A stretch of 64,000 bases of DNA from Candidatus Latescibacterota bacterium (GTDB taxonomy: Bacteria > Latescibacterota > UBA2968 > GCA-2709665): positions 960,001 through 1,024,000 of the forward strand of contig OZ242180.1 of assembly GCA_965205485.1 (NCBI GenBank), in the 5' to 3' direction. The position numbers were made by a program, and so were the translations under genes. Positions 60,167 to 64,000 of this stretch are shown here, one piece after another. Numbering within the stretch: the stretch's first letter is position 1; each line of letters opens with the position of its first letter. The notes beneath the pieces were generated by a model that saw nothing but the letters and a program-made list of their open reading frames with translations, did no database searches and was not told the origin of the DNA.

Positions 60167-63100
60167 TCAGGACGCGACCTCCTGGACGGGCGACGTCTCC
60201 AGTTCCGCCTCGCCCTGCCGCGCATAGTCCGTCTTCGTTTCCGGAGGCATTGTCTTCCACACCAGAAAGAGCTTGCGAAGGTCGTTCAGAAAGCCCCTGT
60301 TCACGCGTTGCCACGAGTTCACGTCTCCGCTCAGGCGACGGATACGGACCTCTATGCGGTATATATCGTGTTCTCCCGTGGGAATCGCATTCATCTGGAC
60401 GTCCTGGCTGATGCCCAGATCGTACGGCGCCAGCCACATCCGCAGCGCGATCCTGTACCCCGTGCCGGCCGGAAGCGGATCGGACCCGAAACGTACGTCC
60501 CGCGAAACGAACCGGCCCAGGGAACCCTCGCCGAATGACTCGAAACTCCGAAAGAGATAGGTGTACATCCCCAGGGCTTCCGATCCCGCCAGGGTAAACG
60601 GAAAGTCGAAAGTCCAGTCGTCCCCATCCGGATTCGGAAACTGCCACCGCCGCGTCACGTCCGGTACGGACATCTGTTCGGCCTTCCTGGCCGGATAGAG
60701 GGTGGACAGGAACACCGCCAGCATCACAAGCAGCGTGGAAGAAACCGCCGAAAGGGAAGAGTAGTTCAACGACAGCCCGCCCAGCGCTCCCTGCTCGTAC
60801 AGGACCAGCGCCAGCGCCTGGCCGATCAAATAGCCGAACGCCGCTCCCAGCGTGGCGAACACGGCCGCTTCAGCAAGAAAGAGCGCGGATATGTGGCTTG
60901 GCGCCAGGCCCACCGCCGAGTAGACACCGATTTCGCGGAATCTTTCATATACGGCGCCCATCATCGTGTTCAGGACGATGAGCGAGGCGATCAGCAGCGG
61001 GATGAAGAGATTCGCGATACCGGAAAGGGAGGTGGTGCCGATGGAGCTGTATACGGTCACCTCGTCGTCGATCCCGACGAACATCGTCAGAGCAACCCGC
61101 GACATGAAGTCTTCGATCTGCCGGCGGACGTCCTGGCTGGGATTGCCCTGTGCGTCTTTGAAATCGGTGATCGCGATCGACCGGAGGGTACCCCCTATTT
61201 CGATGACGAACTCGTACGGGAGCAGCGCCGTATTGCTCGTGTCCAGGTGAATGAACGCCTCGATCGGCTCAGCTCCCATCAACCTCGGGTCCTGGCTCAG
61301 GTTGCGCCAGTCGCTCGTTCCCGCGGTCTCCATCGTCGTGTCGATGGGCGTCGGGCGTTCGTCATCCATATCCGCGAGCCTGTCCACGGCCCGGGAGTCC
61401 AGAATCCCGACGACGGCCAGCTCCACCCCCAACATACGCACCCGCGCCCGGCCGGCTTCCACGTCCGCGCCGGCGATCCCAACGAGGTCCGCCAGTTCGC
61501 CCGGCAGGATGACCGCGTGCCGTTCCCCCTCCCGGAACCAGCGGCCGGCCGTCAGCAGTCCGTCCATCCCCAGCACGTGCGGTTCCACCGGCGTCACGCC
61601 CAGCAACCCGTTCGCGAAACTCCGCCGTCCGCTTTCGGGTTCCTCAAAGTCGATATACGCTCGCTCGCCTCTCTTTTCTGAAATGTAAAACGCCCGGGGC
61701 GCAACCCGGGCGAAACCGCCGAAATGACTCTGGATGTACGTGAGCGCGGAGGGCTGCATTCCCCTCCAGTTCCGGTCTCTCACCAGCGCTCCCTGGTAGG
61801 GCGGACGGTTGTCCCTGGGCAACTTGTAGAAGCGCAGGTACGTCTGGACCGACGTAAACGAGAGCACCGTGAAGGTCAGCAAGGTCAGCGTGACCGCCGT
61901 GAGCCCGCTTCGGAGCGGGCGTTTTCGCAAATTCGATACGCCCAGCGTAAACGCCACGATCATCGCGGAGATCCGTCCCACGTCCTCCTCGTACACACCC
62001 GTTGCGGACTGCTTCATTCGTCGTACCTGTTCCGCGAACCTGGACACCACGATCACCATTGCCACCCCGCCCAGACACAGGATCACAAACGCGAGAAAGA
62101 TGATGTAAGGAGAACCGGACAGTTGAAACGCAGGATGCACCCACCGCAGGGCCAGGAACATGACAATGAGAATCGCGGCGAATCCGACAATACGCCTCTG
62201 GACGTCTGGAAACCCGAAAAACAGCCGCTCGCAAAAGAACGAGAACGGCAACAGCAGGACGAAATAGAAGATGACGCCGCGGACCGTGTCGTTGGCCGTC
62301 TCCTTCACCTCGGGGTAGCCGCGCGCCTCGAGCCCCCAGCCCTCTCTGGCCGATGCAATGAACCGGTCGTACCGCAGGTTCTTCAGGTGGCCTTCGGCTT
62401 CGAGCAGAGACGCGCGCGCGCGGTCGTGAAGCCCGGAAAGCCTCTGGTTTTCCACGCCGTACCGAGCCAGTTGCTTCATCCGGACGTCATCTACGATCCA
62501 CATATCCCGTGCCGCGCGGTAGGAAGGCAGGGTAATCGCATTCCCGTCCGGTTCGTACCCGGCTCCCATGGACCGGATTACCGTCTCCGCGTTCACCTGC
62601 CGCGGCGCAACGGGATCGGACAACAGGTCTTCCGGAGCGTTGATGAGCAAATACTTGATTCCGAATAGCCCGCTGCTCATCAGGATCTTGATCCGCTCGC
62701 CGGGAGGAGCGAACGCCACGGACGCCTGGGTGACCTTTCCCTCCTTCCGTCCCTGGTTGGCCACGTAACGAAAGCCATATTCTATCGGTTCACTGTTGTC
62801 CCTTCCCAGCACCTTCATATGGTCGAGCACGGACAGATAGCTGGAATCCACAATCTCGAACAGGCTCAGCGACCGGCACCTGAACAGCACGCCCATCATC
62901 TCGTTGTCCCACCACCCGTATCCCTGAACCAGGGGATACTTCCCGTTTCTTCCATCCGACCCGGCGCCGTCTATTCCCATATCCGGCGCCGAGACGATCC
63001 GTCCCTCGGCATCGAGTTCGTATGCCAGAACGTGATTCGAAAAACGGTTTCTGACAATGTCGAATTCAAACCGGCCGGTCTTTGCGACCACCTTCCTGGA

Positions 63101-64000
63101 ACCGTACAACGCCCCTCTGGAGGCCGGGCCTTCGTAAATCGGGCCTCTCGTGGTCTGCGTGACCATCAGCGTCCGTACGCCTGCAAGGCTGTTGGGGCCC
63201 GGTTGCTTGTACGTCACCAGTGCCCCCGGGACCGGCACCCTGGGAATCGCGAAGTCCACGTCCCGGTCGAACCAGAGAATCCGCCCGGACAGGCGGTGGC
63301 CGCGGTCCATCAGCCGAAGCTGGGTCTCGCGGAAAAAGCCCGGGTCGTTACCCGCCCGGATCATCATTGCAGCCACCGACCTCACCTGGTCGGTCAGGCG
63401 GTCGAAGGCCATGGCCTCGGGAACATCGAGCGGCGTGTCAGTCCGGACGCGACCGTCGTACAGGGTCACCAGGGTCATCGCCTCCTGCCCGACGAATACG
63501 GCAGCCTCGCTCTCCAGGGCCAGCGGGACCGGCATATATGACGTCCAAGGCCGCTTGGCCGGGGCCACCACGTCCACGTAGCGCTCTTCATCCGGAAAGA
63601 GCGCCCGGGTGTACTCGCGGAACCGGTGCGAATACGGCGTCAGCAGATTCTTCAGGTATTCGTCAGTCCCCTTGCGGGCGTTGTAGAAGGTCCCCATCGC
63701 GAATCCGCCCACCTGTCTGCTGCGGCTGGACAGGTCCAGCCCCACGAACAGCCTGTAGTCGATCCGATCGCCATCGGGGATCCGGTCCCGGAAGTAATCG
63801 CTTCGGCGGGAATGTCTGAAGAGGAAATCGTTGATTCCCGTCAGCCCCTCGAAGTGCGCCGACGTCGCCAGAAAGAGGAAGGAGTGCCTGGAACCGTGCC
63901 GCTGCAGCGAACGGATCACCTCGAGCAGGGCGGCGGCTCCCGATGCGCTCTCGGCGCCGGGGGCGAGCGCGGGCACCACGGACATGGCGTCATAGTAGGC
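60167..64000 (-). CDS. Large membrane protein: M28-peptidase-like domain + FtsX/MacB-like permease (5' end beyond window edge)
   Basis: Open frame to 64000 (AYYDAMSVVPALAPGAESASG). SNLRKRPLRSGLT, LLTAGRWF and NTMMGAVYERFREIGVYSAVGLAPSHISALFLAEA are FtsX signatures. Confidence 0.85.
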   Translation of the reverse strand, partial: AYYDAMSVVPALAPGAESASGAAALLEVIRSLQRHGSRHSFLFLATSAHFEGLTGINDFLFRHSRRSDYFRDRIPDGDRIDYRLFVGLDLSSRSRQVGGFAMGTFYNARKGTDEYLKNLLTPYSHRFREYTRALFPDEERYVDVVAPAKRPWTSYMPVPLALESEAAVFVGQEAMTLVTLYDGRVRTDTPLDVPEAMAFDRLTDQVRSVAAMMIRAGNDPGFFRETQLRLMDRGHRLSGRILWFDRDVDFAIPRVPVPGALVTYKQPGPNSLAGVRTLMVTQTTRGPIYEGPASRGALYGSRKVVAKTGRFEFDIVRNRFSNHVLAYELDAEGRIVSAPDMGIDGAGSDGRNGKYPLVQGYGWWDNEMMGVLFRCRSLSLFEIVDSSYLSVLDHMKVLGRDNSEPIEYGFRYVANQGRKEGKVTQASVAFAPPGERIKILMSSGLFGIKYLLINAPEDLLSDPVAPRQVNAETVIRSMGAGYEPDGNAITLPSYRAARDMWIVDDVRMKQLARYGVENQRLSGLHDRARASLLEAEGHLKNLRYDRFIASAREGWGLEARGYPEVKETANDTVRGVIFYFVLLLPFSFFCERLFFGFPDVQRRIVGFAAILIVMFLALRWVHPAFQLSGSPYIIFLAFVILCLGGVAMVIVVSRFAEQVRRMKQSATGVYEEDVGRISAMIVAFTLGVSNLRKRPLRSGLTAVTLTLLTFTVLSFTSVQTYLRFYKLPRDNRPPYQGALVRDRNWRGMQPSALTYIQSHFGGFARVAPRAFYISEKRGERAYIDFEEPESGRRSFANGLLGVTPVEPHVLGMDGLLTAGRWFREGERHAVILPGELADLVGIAGADVEAGRARVRMLGVELAVVGILDSRAVDRLADMDDERPTPIDTTMETAGTSDWRNLSQDPRLMGAEPIEAFIHLDTSNTALLPYEFVIEIGGTLRSIAITDFKDAQGNPSQDVRRQIEDFMSRVALTMFVGIDDEVTVYSSIGTTSLSGIANLFIPLLIASLIVLNTMMGAVYERFREIGVYSAVGLAPSHISALFLAEAAVFATLGAAFGYLIGQALALVLYEQGALGGLSLNYSSLSAVSSTLLVMLAVFLSTLYPARKAEQMSVPDVTRRWQFPNPDGDDWTFDFPFTLAGSEALGMYTYLFRSFESFGEGSLGRFVSRDVRFGSDPLPAGTGYRIALRMWLAPYDLGISQDVQMNAIPTGEHDIYRIEVRIRRLSGDVNSWQRVNRGFLNDLRKLFLVWKTMPPETKTDYARQGEAELETSPVQEVAS

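Overview
High-GC bacterial DNA with no rRNA, tRNA, CRISPR array or transposase. It reads as a carbohydrate-catabolic accessory region. The gene content (repeated PhyH dioxygenases and Gfo/Idh/MocA oxidoreductases, heparinase-like proteins, DUF4838, a DUF6785-like transporter, a sterol methyltransferase) suggests an uncultured Latescibacterota/Gemmatimonadota/Poribacteria-like, possibly sponge-associated organism; this is inference only. The dominant feature is a family of SEVEN large (~1100-1280 aa) minus-strand paralogues with no visible signal peptide. They share an N-terminal 'PGxGG..RT..' domain, a helical/heparinase II/III-like lyase core and a C-terminal DxDGDG (FG-GAP/PQQ-like) beta-propeller; the first copy is cut by the window edge before any propeller. 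Three of them are a recent tandem triplication. Two others lie directly downstream of an M28-like/FtsX permease and a DUF6785-like membrane protein, in a ~28 kb same-strand catabolic cluster. Also present: an ABC substrate-binding protein fused to a complete Cu/Zn superoxide dismutase; an ECF sigma/zinc-finger anti-sigma triad; a porin, FMN-binding protein, cytochrome b-like protein and ApbE operon behind a perfect 20-bp palindrome; a eukaryote-type sterol C24-methyltransferase; heparinase II-like and DUF4962 lyases; a 7-heme cytochrome/DUF4838/M55 operon; a leaderless BrnT/BrnA module; and several REP-like repeat families. Seven apparent small-indel frameshifts, mostly in short G/C runs, are probably long-read consensus errors. 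All family assignments come from motif recognition by eye; no searches were run.
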